The position numbers and the translations under genes were made by a program. From the NCBI GenBank assembly GCA_963765675.1, contig CAVXXK010000001.1, positions 1,632,001-1,696,000 of the forward strand: a DNA stretch of 64,000 nucleotides. The letters run 5' to 3'. Origin of the DNA: an uncultured delta proteobacterium (GTDB lineage Bacteria; Desulfobacterota; Binatia; Binatales; Binataceae). Of the stretch, positions 27,782 through 37,821 are shown piece by piece (the first letter of the stretch is position 1; every line of letters starts with the position of its first letter). The notes under the pieces are model-generated. The model was not told the origin of the DNA. It saw nothing but the letters and a program-made list of their open reading frames with translations, and did not search any database.

Positions 27782-29071
27782 CTACTCGGTGACGGTTTCC
27801 ATCACCCGCCCGCTGCCAGTATCGATGATCTGGACCTCGACCGGTCCGCTGACTTTGTAATCTTTTTTCGCGGTATCGATTCCGGACTTGAGGTCGGTCA
27901 TGAACTTCTGCTTGGCGAACGGCGGCATCTGGTCCATCGGAAAATTATCCATCAGGAGCTTGGCTTTGGTATTCGACGACCACTGAATCGAACCCACCTT
28001 CGGTCCCGCGACCGGAAGCCCGCGCACTATCTGCTCGAAGTCGCCCTGAAAAGTCTTGGCGGATTGCGCCGCCGCCTGCGCCGCCGACGACGCCTGCGAT
28101 CCGGCGGTATTCGCGTCGGAAGCTCCGGACGCAACCGGCCCTACGCCGCCGCCCGCGATCTTCGCCATCAGATCTTTCACCTGGCTCTTGGCGTTGTCGT
28201 CGGGCGCGAGGCTGTATGCCTTGGTCAGCGCCGCCTGCGCGTCACCCTGCTTATTCTGCTGCGCGAACGCTACGCCCATATTGTAGTAGGCCTGAAACAT
28301 GTCGGGTTTGATTTTGATCGCGCGCTGATATTGCACCAGCGCCTGGTCAGGATTGCCGGTGTAAAGGTACATTGTGCCGAGATCGGTGCGCACTTCCGGA
28401 TCGTCGGGCTTCTTCTTGAGGAAATGCTCGTATGCGGCGATCGCCTCGTCGTACTTGTTGGTGTCGTAGTCGATATCGCCGATTCCGCGCAGCGCCTGGA
28501 GATTGTCCGGGTCGAGCTTCAGCACGTGACCGTACGCGTCGACGGCCTTCGAGTAATAGGTGTCATCGAACATCGCGGCGCGCATCGAAACGTTGCCCAG
28601 CTCGATCCACGCGGCAGGGTCCTTGGGTTTAGCCTTAGCGTCCTTTTCGAGCTTGTCGATAAAGCTGCGCGCCTCGGTGGGAAGCTGCACGCGTGGATGT
28701 CCTGCCGGGAGCTGATTGGGCGCGTTGTTACCGGCGGTGCCGCCGAGCGAGTTGCTCGCGCTGCCGCTGGGAAGCTGGCCTGCACTGTCGGTTTGCGCGA
28801 TCGGAGCCGACGCGACCTGTTGCTTTACGGCCGCCGGGGTGTGCCACATGATCCACGCGGCGGCGCCGAGTCCGATCACGGTTATCGCGATAAACACCGC
28901 TACGAACGTGACCGTGAGCGGCATCGCCTCTTTCGCTACGGGCATCGCCGATGGCTTGGCGGCCTCTTCGGAGCCGGCTGGCGACGCCGCCGCGCCGAGC
29001 GCGCGGCCGCATTCGACGCAGAACTTCGCGCCCGCCATCAACGGGGCGCCGCAATGCGGACAAAATCTCAT
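27782..29071 (-). CDS. zinc-ribbon/TM/TPR protein
   Basis: FCPHCG..AKFCVECG, one TM helix, LPAGHP, several TPRs. Confidence 0.85.
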   Translation of the reverse strand: MRFCPHCGAPLMAGAKFCVECGRALGAAASPAGSEEAAKPSAMPVAKEAMPLTVTFVAVFIAITVIGLGAAAWIMWHTPAAVKQQVASAPIAQTDSAGQLPSGSASNSLGGTAGNNAPNQLPAGHPRVQLPTEARSFIDKLEKDAKAKPKDPAAWIELGNVSMRAAMFDDTYYSKAVDAYGHVLKLDPDNLQALRGIGDIDYDTNKYDEAIAAYEHFLKKKPDDPEVRTDLGTMYLYTGNPDQALVQYQRAIKIKPDMFQAYYNMGVAFAQQNKQGDAQAALTKAYSLAPDDNAKSQVKDLMAKIAGGGVGPVASGASDANTAGSQASSAAQAAAQSAKTFQGDFEQIVRGLPVAGPKVGSIQWSSNTKAKLLMDNFPMDQMPPFAKQKFMTDLKSGIDTAKKDYKVSGPVEVQIIDTGSGRVMETVTE

Positions 29072-29183
29072 CGTCAAATTCCTACCTGACGCGATCAGGT
29101 ATTAGCAATACGGCTTGGCGCGCCGGGTTTATGCTCGGCGGCGCGATCGGGTATAGTTCGCCCGAAGGCAAGGAGAAACGCGA

Positions 29184-29835
29184 ATGCATCTATATGATTC
29201 CTTCGGTCCCAATCCGCGCGCGACGCGGATGTTTCTTGCGGAAAAGGGCATCAAGCTCGACACTCAAAAATGTCGATCTGATGAAGGCGGAGAATCGCCG
29301 CCCTCCCTACACCGATCGCAACCCCGGCGGCCAACTGCCGGCGCTCGAACTCGACAACGGCCAGTGTATCGGCGAGACCGTTGCGATTTGGGAATACCTC
29401 GAAGAGAAGCATCCGACGCCGGCGCTCATCGGTACCACTGCGGAGGAACGCGCCGAGGCGCGGATGTGGCAGCGGCGCGTCGAGCTCAAGATCACCGAGC
29501 ATCTCTACAACGGGTTCCGCTATTCCGAAGGCGCCGCGTTGTTCAAGGATCGCATGCGGATCCTGCCCGAGGCCGCGCCCGGTCTGAAGCAGGTCTCGCA
29601 GGACGGACTCAAGTGGCTCGACGGTCTGCTGGCGGGACGCGAGTATATCGCGGGCAAGCGCTTCACGATCGCCGACATCATCCTGTACTGCGCGCTCGAT
29701 TTCGGCTCGGGCGTCGGCCAGAAGATCGATCCGTCGCTGGCGAATCTGAATGCATGGTTCAAGCGTGTCGACGCGCGGCCGAGCGCGAAATCGAGCTTGC
29801 ATCCCGCATCCGCGCAAACCGGCATGAAGGGATAA
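29184..29835 (+). pseudogene. glutathione S-transferase, frameshifted at A-run 29265-29269
   Basis: MHLYDSFGPNPR..FLAEKGI, then NVDLMKAE..NPGGQLPAL..ETVAI..FTIADI in a different frame. Confidence 0.85.
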
Positions 29836-29857
29836 GGCGCTCGCGATTGAGATTGGT

Positions 29858-30871
29858 ATGCCGCCAACTATCGAGGAGATCTCCGTCCAACTGACGCGCC
29901 TGGTGCGCGCGAAGACGGGCGATTCCGGCGCGGCCGTGCGCGAGATCTCGCCACTGCCGGGCCATGCCGGATTCGGCTACAGCTTCGTGCTCGATCGCAC
30001 CACCTCCGGCGCTCCGGCCGGCAAACTGGTGCTGCGCGTCGCGCCCGAGGGAGTGCGAATCTCCGGTCCTGCCGACGTGATTCGGCAGGCAAAGATAATG
30101 CAGTCGCTGGCCGACACCGACGTCCCAGTGCCGCCGATAATCTGGTACGGCGACGAGGCGGAATTTTTCGGACGGCCGTATTTCGTCGATGGATTCCTCG
30201 ACGGGTTCCGCCTCGCCGACAATCCTCCGATCTCGCGCGCCGAAGCGCTCAGCCTGGCGCACAAAGCGATCGAGAAGCTCGGCGCGCTGCATCGCGTCGA
30301 TTGGCGTCCGCGCCGCGACGCCTGGGGCGACCCGACACCGCTCAGCGACGAGATGAAGCGGCTGGACCATCTGCTCGACCGCCCGACTCTCGATCCCGCC
30401 GTCGTCGCGCGCGGGCCCGAGCTTCGCGCGAAGCTCTATGCGTCGTTGCCGAAAAATCCTCGCGTCGGATGCGTTCACGGCGACTTCCAGTGGTCGAACA
30501 TCATGTTCAACAAGGGTGAGGTCGCCGCACTGATCGATTGGGAGATCGCGCTATGCGGCCCGACCCTGCTCGACGTCGGATGGATCTCGTTCTTCGCCGA
30601 TCCTGCCAGCTTCCATGTGACGAACGACGCGAATCGCACCTCGCCGCTAAGCGCCGACGAGATCTTCACGGTGTACTCGGAGGTGGCGGGAGTTCCGGTC
30701 TCCGCGGATGAAGTCCGATGGTTCCGCGCGTTCGCGGGCTACCGGTTCGGCGTGATCACCTGCTTCAACGTCATGCTGCATCGGCGGGGAAAGCGCGACG
30801 ATCCGCATTGGGAAGAGATAGCGCTCTCTGCGCCCACGATGTTCTCGCACGGGATCGAGCTGCTCGGGTGA
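29858..30871 (+). CDS. APH-family phosphotransferase (ACAD10/11 N-terminal-like)
   Basis: LVLR, HGDFQWSN, LIDWE. Confidence 0.85.
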   Translation: MPPTIEEISVQLTRLVRAKTGDSGAAVREISPLPGHAGFGYSFVLDRTTSGAPAGKLVLRVAPEGVRISGPADVIRQAKIMQSLADTDVPVPPIIWYGDEAEFFGRPYFVDGFLDGFRLADNPPISRAEALSLAHKAIEKLGALHRVDWRPRRDAWGDPTPLSDEMKRLDHLLDRPTLDPAVVARGPELRAKLYASLPKNPRVGCVHGDFQWSNIMFNKGEVAALIDWEIALCGPTLLDVGWISFFADPASFHVTNDANRTSPLSADEIFTVYSEVAGVPVSADEVRWFRAFAGYRFGVITCFNVMLHRRGKRDDPHWEEIALSAPTMFSHGIELLG

Positions 30872-30902
30872 GAAGTGAACCATCCGAGCGCGAGGTGTGA
30901 CT

Positions 30903-32642
30903 ATGGATGCCGCAGCCAAAACCCGGGCCGAAGCAACCGCCGCGGAACCGAAAGTCGCCGAGCACAAAATCCCGGACGACGATCATCCCGCGCTCAATGC
31001 GATTCTCGGCGCCAACCCGTTCGTCGGTATCGACGCCGCACAGGTCGTCGGCACGCTTGCCCGATTCTTCGGCCATCTTGCGGCGCATCCGGCGGCGGTT
31101 GCCTCGCGCGGGATGCAGCTCGGCCTCGAGATCGCGCAGGTCGCGACCGGGACGTCGGAGATCGAACCGGAAGCCGGCGACAAGCGCTTTGGCGATCCCG
31201 CGTGGCGCGAGCATCCGATCTACCGCCGCGTGATGCAGTCCTATCTGGCGTGGCGCACCGCGATGCACGATCTCGTCGGCGACGACGACTTTGGCGACTG
31301 GAAAGACGCCGAGCAGATGCGCTTCGCCGTGACCCTTATGACCGAGGCGCTCGCGCCGACCAACACGCTGGCGGGTAATCCTGCGGCGCTCAAGCGCGTA
31401 TTCGACACTGCGGGCACGAGTCTCGCGCGCGGGCTCAAAAATTTTGTGAGCGATGTAATTTACAACGGCGCGATGCCCGAGCAGGTGGACAAGCGGCCGT
31501 TCGAGGTCGGCAGGAACCTCGCAGTGACGCCGGGGGCGGTGATATTGCGTACCCCATTGTGCGAAGTAATCCAGTACAAACCTGCTACCGAAAAAGTATT
31601 CGAGCGGCCGCTGGTGCTGATTCCTCCGCAAATCAACAAATACTACATCATGGATCTGGCGCCCGGACGGAGCTTTATCGAATACGCAGTCAAACACGGA
31701 ATCCAGGTATTCACTATCAGTTGGCGCAATCCTACGCCCGCAAATCGCGACTGGGGACTCGACGACTATGTAACCGCGTGCAAGCAGGCAATCGATGCCG
31801 CGTGCGAGATCACCGGCAGCGCCGACGCGAACGTAGTCGCAATCTGCGCCGGCGGAATCACGGCTTCGCTGATGCTGGGGCATCTAGCGGCGGCCGGGCA
31901 AAGCCGCGTGCATGCGGCGACGCTGTTGGTGACGATGCTGGATACGTCGATGCCGTCGATGACCGGGATGTTCGCGACCGAGGACGCGATCAAGTCGGCA
32001 ATCGCAAAGTCGAAGCGCAAAGGAATACTCGACGGCGCCGACATGGCGCGCGTCTTCGCGTGGCTTCGTCCCAACGACCTGGTCTGGAACTATTGGGTGA
32101 ATAACTATTTGATGGGTCAGCAACCCGCCCCGTTCGACATACTATATTGGAATAGTGATTCGACCTGCCTGCCCGCCAAACTGCATGAGGGGTTTCTCGG
32201 TCTCTTTTTGACTAATCCGCTGGCCAGCTCCAACGAAGTGACTATTCTGGGCACGCCAGTCGATTTACGCTCGGTCAAGAACGATATGTACCTGGTCGCT
32301 GGAATGACCGATCATATCTGCCCATGGCGCGCGTGCTACAGTTCAACGCGGATGTTCGGCGGCAGCATCGAGTTCGTTCTCGGCTCCAGCGGGCATATTC
32401 AGAGCCTGGTGAATCCGCCGGGAAATTTCAAAGCGCGTTATTTTATCAATCAGCGCCTTCCTGATGATCCCGACAATTGGCTAAAGGGGGCGGCCGAGAC
32501 CAAGGGGAGCTGGTGGGATCATTGGCTCAAGTGGCTGACCGCGCGCGCCGGATGGGAAAAGCCCGCGCCGCCAGTGCTCGGCAACGAGCGCTACCTGCCG
32601 TCCGATCCCGCGCCGGGAATCTACGTACACGAACGCCATTGA
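30903..32642 (+). CDS. phaC: polyhydroxyalkanoate synthase, class II-like
   Basis: PPQINKYYIMDL, SWRNP, AICAGG catalytic Cys, LRPNDLVWNYWVNNYL, DHI, SGHIQ, GSWW. Confidence 0.93.
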   Translation: MDAAAKTRAEATAAEPKVAEHKIPDDDHPALNAILGANPFVGIDAAQVVGTLARFFGHLAAHPAAVASRGMQLGLEIAQVATGTSEIEPEAGDKRFGDPAWREHPIYRRVMQSYLAWRTAMHDLVGDDDFGDWKDAEQMRFAVTLMTEALAPTNTLAGNPAALKRVFDTAGTSLARGLKNFVSDVIYNGAMPEQVDKRPFEVGRNLAVTPGAVILRTPLCEVIQYKPATEKVFERPLVLIPPQINKYYIMDLAPGRSFIEYAVKHGIQVFTISWRNPTPANRDWGLDDYVTACKQAIDAACEITGSADANVVAICAGGITASLMLGHLAAAGQSRVHAATLLVTMLDTSMPSMTGMFATEDAIKSAIAKSKRKGILDGADMARVFAWLRPNDLVWNYWVNNYLMGQQPAPFDILYWNSDSTCLPAKLHEGFLGLFLTNPLASSNEVTILGTPVDLRSVKNDMYLVAGMTDHICPWRACYSSTRMFGGSIEFVLGSSGHIQSLVNPPGNFKARYFINQRLPDDPDNWLKGAAETKGSWWDHWLKWLTARAGWEKPAPPVLGNERYLPSDPAPGIYVHERH

Positions 32643-32669
32643 CGCGCGAGCGCTCGCGGAGGAACTGCC

Positions 32670-32873
32670 ATGTCCAGCGGGGGAGCGAAGAAATCATCTG
32701 GTAACGAAGCGCGGCTGGAAGCCCGAATCGCCGAGCTTGAACACAAAGTCAGTGAACTCTCTGAGCAAGCCCGGGCGCTCGAAGCTCACGTCCGCGAGCA
32801 CGAGGTGCGGCTCGAGGAACGGGTTCAGAAAATCGCGAATCTGATCGCGACCTCGCAGGCCGGCCGCATCTAA
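32670..32873 (+). CDS. small coiled-coil protein
   Basis: 67 aa with GGAGG ribosome-binding site and heptad pattern. Confidence 0.65.
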   Translation: MSSGGAKKSSGNEARLEARIAELEHKVSELSEQARALEAHVREHEVRLEERVQKIANLIATSQAGRI

Positions 32874-32966
32874 AGCGCAATTCCTATCCAGTCCGGATTA
32901 TCCAGACCTTCCGCGCTCGAGGCGCGCGGTGCCGAGCGCCGGCTGACGCGCCTTGCGTACGCGTGC

Positions 32967-34097
32967 ATGGTCACGCAGGGCGTGAACGTCGGATGGCTCG
33001 GGCCGTTTCTGGTCGAAATCTCCGCGTCCATGCGTGTGCCCATCGATCAGGGCGGACTCATCGTCAGCGCGCTTGCGGCAGGGTACTTCGCGGCGCTGAT
33101 TGCGGGCGGCGAGATCGCGCATCGCCGGAGTGCGCAGCAAATGCTGCGCGGCGCGATGGTGCTGGTTAGTGTAGGGCTTTGCGGCGTCGCCCTCGCACCG
33201 CGGCTCGGCCTGATGCTCGCGGCGGCGGCAGTGGTCGGGTTGGGACAGGGCGCGATCGATATCGCGAGCAACGCGATCGTCGCCGATCTGAATCGCGCGC
33301 GGCTCGGCGCGGCGCTCAACTATCTGCACATGATGTTCGGGATCGGCGCGCTTCTGGGCCCGGTGATCGTCGGGTTCGCGCTGCGAGACCACGTTCCCTA
33401 TTCCACCACCTTCGTCGGCGGCGCCGCGGTGACCGCCGTGGTCGCGCTGATGCTGTGGCGCGCGCCGTCGGTCGATACTCGCGCCGCGCCCGAAGAGGTC
33501 GAGGGCGCGCTTGCAATGCTGGCGCATCCGATGATCTGGATAATCGCCATCGTCCTGTTTCTCTACGTCGGCGCGGAGACCGGGGTCGGCGCGTGGCTCT
33601 TCTCCTATCTGCGCGCCCGAACGACGGTGTCGGCAGCGGTCGCGTCGTGGGCGGTTTCGCTCTATTGGTTCGGACTGGTTGCTGGCCGGATGGCGGGCGG
33701 CGCGTTGGCGCATCGATCCGCGCCGAAAGCGATGTCGGTCGCGGCGGCGGTGCTCAGTGCCGCGGCGATTGCGGGACTGGTTGCCGGACCCTCGATACCG
33801 GCATTCGCGGCCGTGATGATTTTTCTGATTGGCGTCGGCTATGGTCCGGTTTTTCCAAACATGATTGCGATCGGCGCGGCCGCTTTTCCCGCCGAGGTCG
33901 GACGGATGACTTCAGTCGTTGCGGCCGGCGGCGCGATCGGCGCAATCCTGGTTCCGTGGATGATGGGCTATGCGCTCGCGACGAGCGGCGCGCGCGGCTC
34001 GATGCGGCTCGCGCTCGGAATTACGGTGCTGATGATCGGGTGCTTGTGCGCGGTGAGATCGGTGCGCGCTGCGCGCGAGACTCGCGTCGCCGAGTGA
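32967..34097 (+). CDS. MFS transporter (FucP/TsgA-like)
   Basis: About 12 hydrophobic segments; LNYLHMMFGIGA, LFLYVGAE; frame stays open upstream, start uncertain. Confidence 0.85.
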   Translation: MVTQGVNVGWLGPFLVEISASMRVPIDQGGLIVSALAAGYFAALIAGGEIAHRRSAQQMLRGAMVLVSVGLCGVALAPRLGLMLAAAAVVGLGQGAIDIASNAIVADLNRARLGAALNYLHMMFGIGALLGPVIVGFALRDHVPYSTTFVGGAAVTAVVALMLWRAPSVDTRAAPEEVEGALAMLAHPMIWIIAIVLFLYVGAETGVGAWLFSYLRARTTVSAAVASWAVSLYWFGLVAGRMAGGALAHRSAPKAMSVAAAVLSAAAIAGLVAGPSIPAFAAVMIFLIGVGYGPVFPNMIAIGAAAFPAEVGRMTSVVAAGGAIGAILVPWMMGYALATSGARGSMRLALGITVLMIGCLCAVRSVRAARETRVAE

Positions 34098-34100
34098 TCG

Positions 34101-34823
34101 CTAACGCGCGGCGAGAATCTCGGCCAGGTGACGCACCTCGATTCCGGCGTCCGCGCGATGCAGTCCGCCTCCGATTTGCATCAGGCATCCGCAATCGTTC
34201 GAGACCACGACCTCCGCGCCGCTTTCGCGGATTCGCGCGAGCTTGTCCTCGAGCATCGCGCCCGAGATATGCGGAAACTTGACCGAGAACAGTCCGCCGA
34301 ACCCGCAGCATTCTTCACGATCGCGCACCTCGACCAGCCGAATTCCGTTGACGGCGCTCAGCAGCGCCATCGGCTCCTCGCGCACGCGCAACTCGCGCAT
34401 CAGATGGCACGACGGGTGATACGCGACCGCGCGTTCGAACCGCGCCCCGACGTACTTGACCTTCATCACGCTGACGATGAACTGCGAGAACTCGTACACC
34501 CATGGGCGGATCGCGGCGGCCTGCTGCGCGAGCGCTTCGTCATGCGCGAGAAGATCGGAATAGAAAATTTTGAGCATGCTCGAGCACGAGCCCGACGGCA
34601 CGACTATCGGCGTGTCGGGCTTGCAGGCGCCGAGGAAACGCCGCGCGAGGTCGACCGCTTCATCGCGAAAGCCCTCGTTGAACGCGACCTGTCCGCAGCA
34701 GAAAGCCCCGCGCAGCGGACGCACCTTGAGCCGCAACCGCTCGAGCACGGTCGCCGCGGCGTCGCCGACTTCGGGAAAAAATTCTTCGGCAAGGCAGGTC
34801 GAGAAGAGCTGAACTTCAGTCAT
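34101..34823 (-). CDS. lutA: lactate utilization protein A (CCG domains)
   Basis: FSTC, CCGQ, SGSC, YHPSCH, CCGFGG, GCLMQI. Confidence 0.9.
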   Translation of the reverse strand: MTEVQLFSTCLAEEFFPEVGDAAATVLERLRLKVRPLRGAFCCGQVAFNEGFRDEAVDLARRFLGACKPDTPIVVPSGSCSSMLKIFYSDLLAHDEALAQQAAAIRPWVYEFSQFIVSVMKVKYVGARFERAVAYHPSCHLMRELRVREEPMALLSAVNGIRLVEVRDREECCGFGGLFSVKFPHISGAMLEDKLARIRESGAEVVVSNDCGCLMQIGGGLHRADAGIEVRHLAEILAAR

Positions 34824-35514
34824 CGTGCGGCCAGATTACTAGGACGTCGAGAGATTTTGGGCCGTGCACGCCGAGCACGATGCGTTTTTCGATGTCGGCG
34901 GTGCGGCTCGGTCCGGTGATGAGCGTCATGCGATTCGCAGCGAGCGTGTCGGGGCCGAACGCATCGAGAGCGGCGGCCAAGTCGGGAACGATCCGATCGA
35001 TCTGCACGAAAATCACGCTGGCAGGCGGAAGCAGCGTGAGCGAACTCGGCCGCGTCGGCATCGACAGGACCGCCAGCGTGCCGGTCGAGGCGATAGCATA
35101 GTCGGCCTCCGCGATTCCGATTTCGGCGCGTGACATCCGATCGCGAATCGCGGCGCGAGCCTCGAGGTCGGTGGTCGGCGCGGTGCGCATTACTGAGATT
35201 CCGGCGGCGTCGAGCGCGGCCGCAATCGCGCCCGCATCCGTGGCGACACCGTCGCCGATCGCGACCAGGCGTGGGTTCGTTTCCTTGGCCAACGCGACGA
35301 TTCGGGCGGTCGCTTCGGCAGGTGTAAAGACTCCCAGAAAGCGTCCGCCGACCGCTTCCAACTCGCGCGCGAAGCGTGCGACGAGTTCCGCTCGATCAGT
35401 GCCGGCGGCGAGCGGAACCGCTGCCGCCTGTGCGCCGTGATTATGTATGGAGTCAGGCGCACCCGCTTCCAGAGCGGTCTTGAGCGTCGCGACGAGTTTG
35501 TGCAGCTCGGCCAT
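34816..35514 (-). CDS. lutC: lactate utilization protein C (LUD domain)
   Basis: AIASTGT, ITGPSRTADIE..LVLGVHGP-like motif. Confidence 0.88.
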   Translation of the reverse strand: MAELHKLVATLKTALEAGAPDSIHNHGAQAAAVPLAAGTDRAELVARFARELEAVGGRFLGVFTPAEATARIVALAKETNPRLVAIGDGVATDAGAIAAALDAAGISVMRTAPTTDLEARAAIRDRMSRAEIGIAEADYAIASTGTLAVLSMPTRPSSLTLLPPASVIFVQIDRIVPDLAAALDAFGPDTLAANRMTLITGPSRTADIEKRIVLGVHGPKSLDVLVIWPHDD

Positions 35515-35516
35515 CG

Positions 35517-36947
35517 TCAGAGCTTCGCGGCAGGGCTTTCGGCGGCGCGGCGGGCTCTCGGCCGCGGCCGCGGAAAGTCGCGAATCTTCGTCCAGTTGCC
35601 AAACGGCGGCGGCATCCGCCGGATCCACCCGTCATGCGCGAGCGGCTTAATCACCATCGCGGCGATCCGCCCGAGGATCCGGATGGTGCGCGGATGCCGC
35701 GCCATCCGCGCAAATCGCCGCGCTCCAGCGCGCGCGCGACTTGCCGCGCCGGGCCAATTGGGCGGAGTCTCCGACGAAGTTTCCTTCCAGCGCAGATGCA
35801 GCAGGATGCGCGGAATATCGATTTTCACCGGGCACACATCTTTGCACGCGCCGCACAGCGTCGAGGCGAACGGCAGATGCGCGGCGGCGGAGCCAACCAG
35901 ATTCGGGCTGATGATCGAGCCGATCGGTCCTGGATAGGGCGAACGATACGCGTGGCCCCCGATATGCCGGTAGACCGGGCATACGTTCAGGCACGCGCCG
36001 CAGCGGATGCACATCAGCGCTTCGCGCAAGACCGGATCGGCAAGCATCGCGCTGCGCCCGTTGTCCAATATGACCACGTGCATCTCGCGCGGCCCGTCAA
36101 GCTCGCCGGGCGCGCGCGGTCCGCGGATGAAGTTGGTGTATGTGGTGAGCTTCTGCCCCGTCGCCGTGCGTCCCAGGATTTCAAGAAAATGCGGCAGGTC
36201 GGCGAGCTTGGGAATGACCTTCTCGATTCCCATAACTGCGACGAAAACTTCGGGCAGCGTCGAGGACATGCGGCCGTTGCCTTCGTTCTCGACCACGACC
36301 AGCGTGCCGGTCTCGGCGATCGCGAAATTGACGCCGGTGATTCCGAAATCGGCGCGCAGAAAACCCTCGCGCAGGCGGGTGCGCGCCTCAGCGGTCAGCT
36401 CGGCCGGCTCGGGCGTGTAGGGAATTCCGAACTGCTCGTGAAAAAGATTTCCGATATCTTCTTTGGAAAGATGAATCGCGGGCGTGATGATATGCGAGGG
36501 CGGTTCATGGCGAAGCTGCACGATATATTCGCCGAGGTCGGTCTCGACCACCTCCATCCCGGCGCTTTCGAGCGCGGGGTTGAGCGTGATCTCCTCGGTC
36601 GTCATCGACTTGCCCTTGACGACGCGTTTGGCTCCTGAAGCCTGCGCGAGTTTCACGATATAGTCGCGCGCCTCGCCGGCGTTCGCAGCGAAGAAGACCT
36701 TGCATCCGTGCGCTTCGAGTTTTTTCGTCAGCTCGATCAGCAATTCGTCGAGCCGCCCGATCGCGTCCTGCTTGATAGCGCGCGCCGTGGTGCGTTCGTC
36801 TTCGTAGGGAGTGAATTCGTCGCGCACTTGTGCGAAGTGCTCGAGATGGCGCGCGCTGGCGCTCTCGAGCTTGCGGCGCAGCTCGTGGTCGGCGGCGCCG
36901 GCGGCACTCGCCTCGAAGAAGTCGCGCGGTTTATGCGATTCGATCAT
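35517..36947 (-). CDS. lutB: lactate utilization protein B (Fe-S)
   Basis: KGKSM, ETDLGE, ENEGN, CIRCGACLNVCP. Confidence 0.92.
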   Translation of the reverse strand: MIESHKPRDFFEASAAGAADHELRRKLESASARHLEHFAQVRDEFTPYEDERTTARAIKQDAIGRLDELLIELTKKLEAHGCKVFFAANAGEARDYIVKLAQASGAKRVVKGKSMTTEEITLNPALESAGMEVVETDLGEYIVQLRHEPPSHIITPAIHLSKEDIGNLFHEQFGIPYTPEPAELTAEARTRLREGFLRADFGITGVNFAIAETGTLVVVENEGNGRMSSTLPEVFVAVMGIEKVIPKLADLPHFLEILGRTATGQKLTTYTNFIRGPRAPGELDGPREMHVVILDNGRSAMLADPVLREALMCIRCGACLNVCPVYRHIGGHAYRSPYPGPIGSIISPNLVGSAAAHLPFASTLCGACKDVCPVKIDIPRILLHLRWKETSSETPPNWPGAASRARAGARRFARMARHPRTIRILGRIAAMVIKPLAHDGWIRRMPPPFGNWTKIRDFPRPRPRARRAAESPAAKL

Positions 36948-36981
36948 CGAAAAGAATTTGCCATGCGCACGCGAGCGCGGC

Positions 36982-37809
36982 CTAGTTGATCAGCGCGACC
37001 TGGCGCACCAGGCGCAGCACCGACTCGCGTGCATTTTCCGCTCCGGGATGCTCCGGCGCGATCGACAGGAAGCTCTGGAAATCGTCGAGCGCGGCCTGAA
37101 AGCATTCGAGCCGCTCGAACAGGTTGCCCCGTTCAGCCAGCTCTTCGACCGAGCGCGGGTCGAGCAGCAGAATACGATCGAGCGCGGACAGCGCACGGTT
37201 CCAGTCCGACGCCGCGAGATAGATTATTTTGAGATTGCGCAAAATCCGCGCGAGAGTTGCGCGCGCGCCGATTGGCTTGAGCATCGCCGGGTGCAACTCG
37301 ACCGGTTGGCCGAAGTTTTCCGCCAGGCGCGCGCGAATATCCTCGAGCGTCAGGATCGCGCCGTCATAGAATGGATCAATCACCAGCTCTCCGCGCTCAT
37401 CGACCGCCTTGACCAGGAAATGGGTGGGAAACGAGATGCCGTATAGGTTCAGTCCGAGGCGCCGTCCGACTTCCAGGTAAATCACCGAGAGCGTGATCGG
37501 AATTCCCTTGCGGCGTTCGAGCACTTCGTTCAGAAACGAATTGCGCGGATCGCTGTATTCGTCCCGATTTCCGTGAAAGCCCTTCTGTTCGAAAAGAAAA
37601 TGCGACAGAAGCTGGATCCGCTCGACCGTGTCGCTGCCCGCGTGCACGATCGGTTCGGCCTCGCGCGCAAGCTCGGTGATCAGGTTGAGATAGTGGTCCA
37701 CATCGAGCGCAGGATATTCTTCCTTGGCGATCAGCAGCGCGCCGCGCGCCAGCGGGACCGGCTCGCGCGAAGCGATCGTGATAAATTCGCGGCGCGCGTC
37801 ATCGTTCAT
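36982..37809 (-). CDS. SirB1 family transglutaminase-like/TPR protein
   Basis: PRNSFLNEVLERRKGIPITL, FPTHF, IDPF. Confidence 0.88.
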   Translation of the reverse strand: MNDDARREFITIASREPVPLARGALLIAKEEYPALDVDHYLNLITELAREAEPIVHAGSDTVERIQLLSHFLFEQKGFHGNRDEYSDPRNSFLNEVLERRKGIPITLSVIYLEVGRRLGLNLYGISFPTHFLVKAVDERGELVIDPFYDGAILTLEDIRARLAENFGQPVELHPAMLKPIGARATLARILRNLKIIYLAASDWNRALSALDRILLLDPRSVEELAERGNLFERLECFQAALDDFQSFLSIAPEHPGAENARESVLRLVRQVALIN

Positions 37810-37821
37810 CGCAAAACTCCA

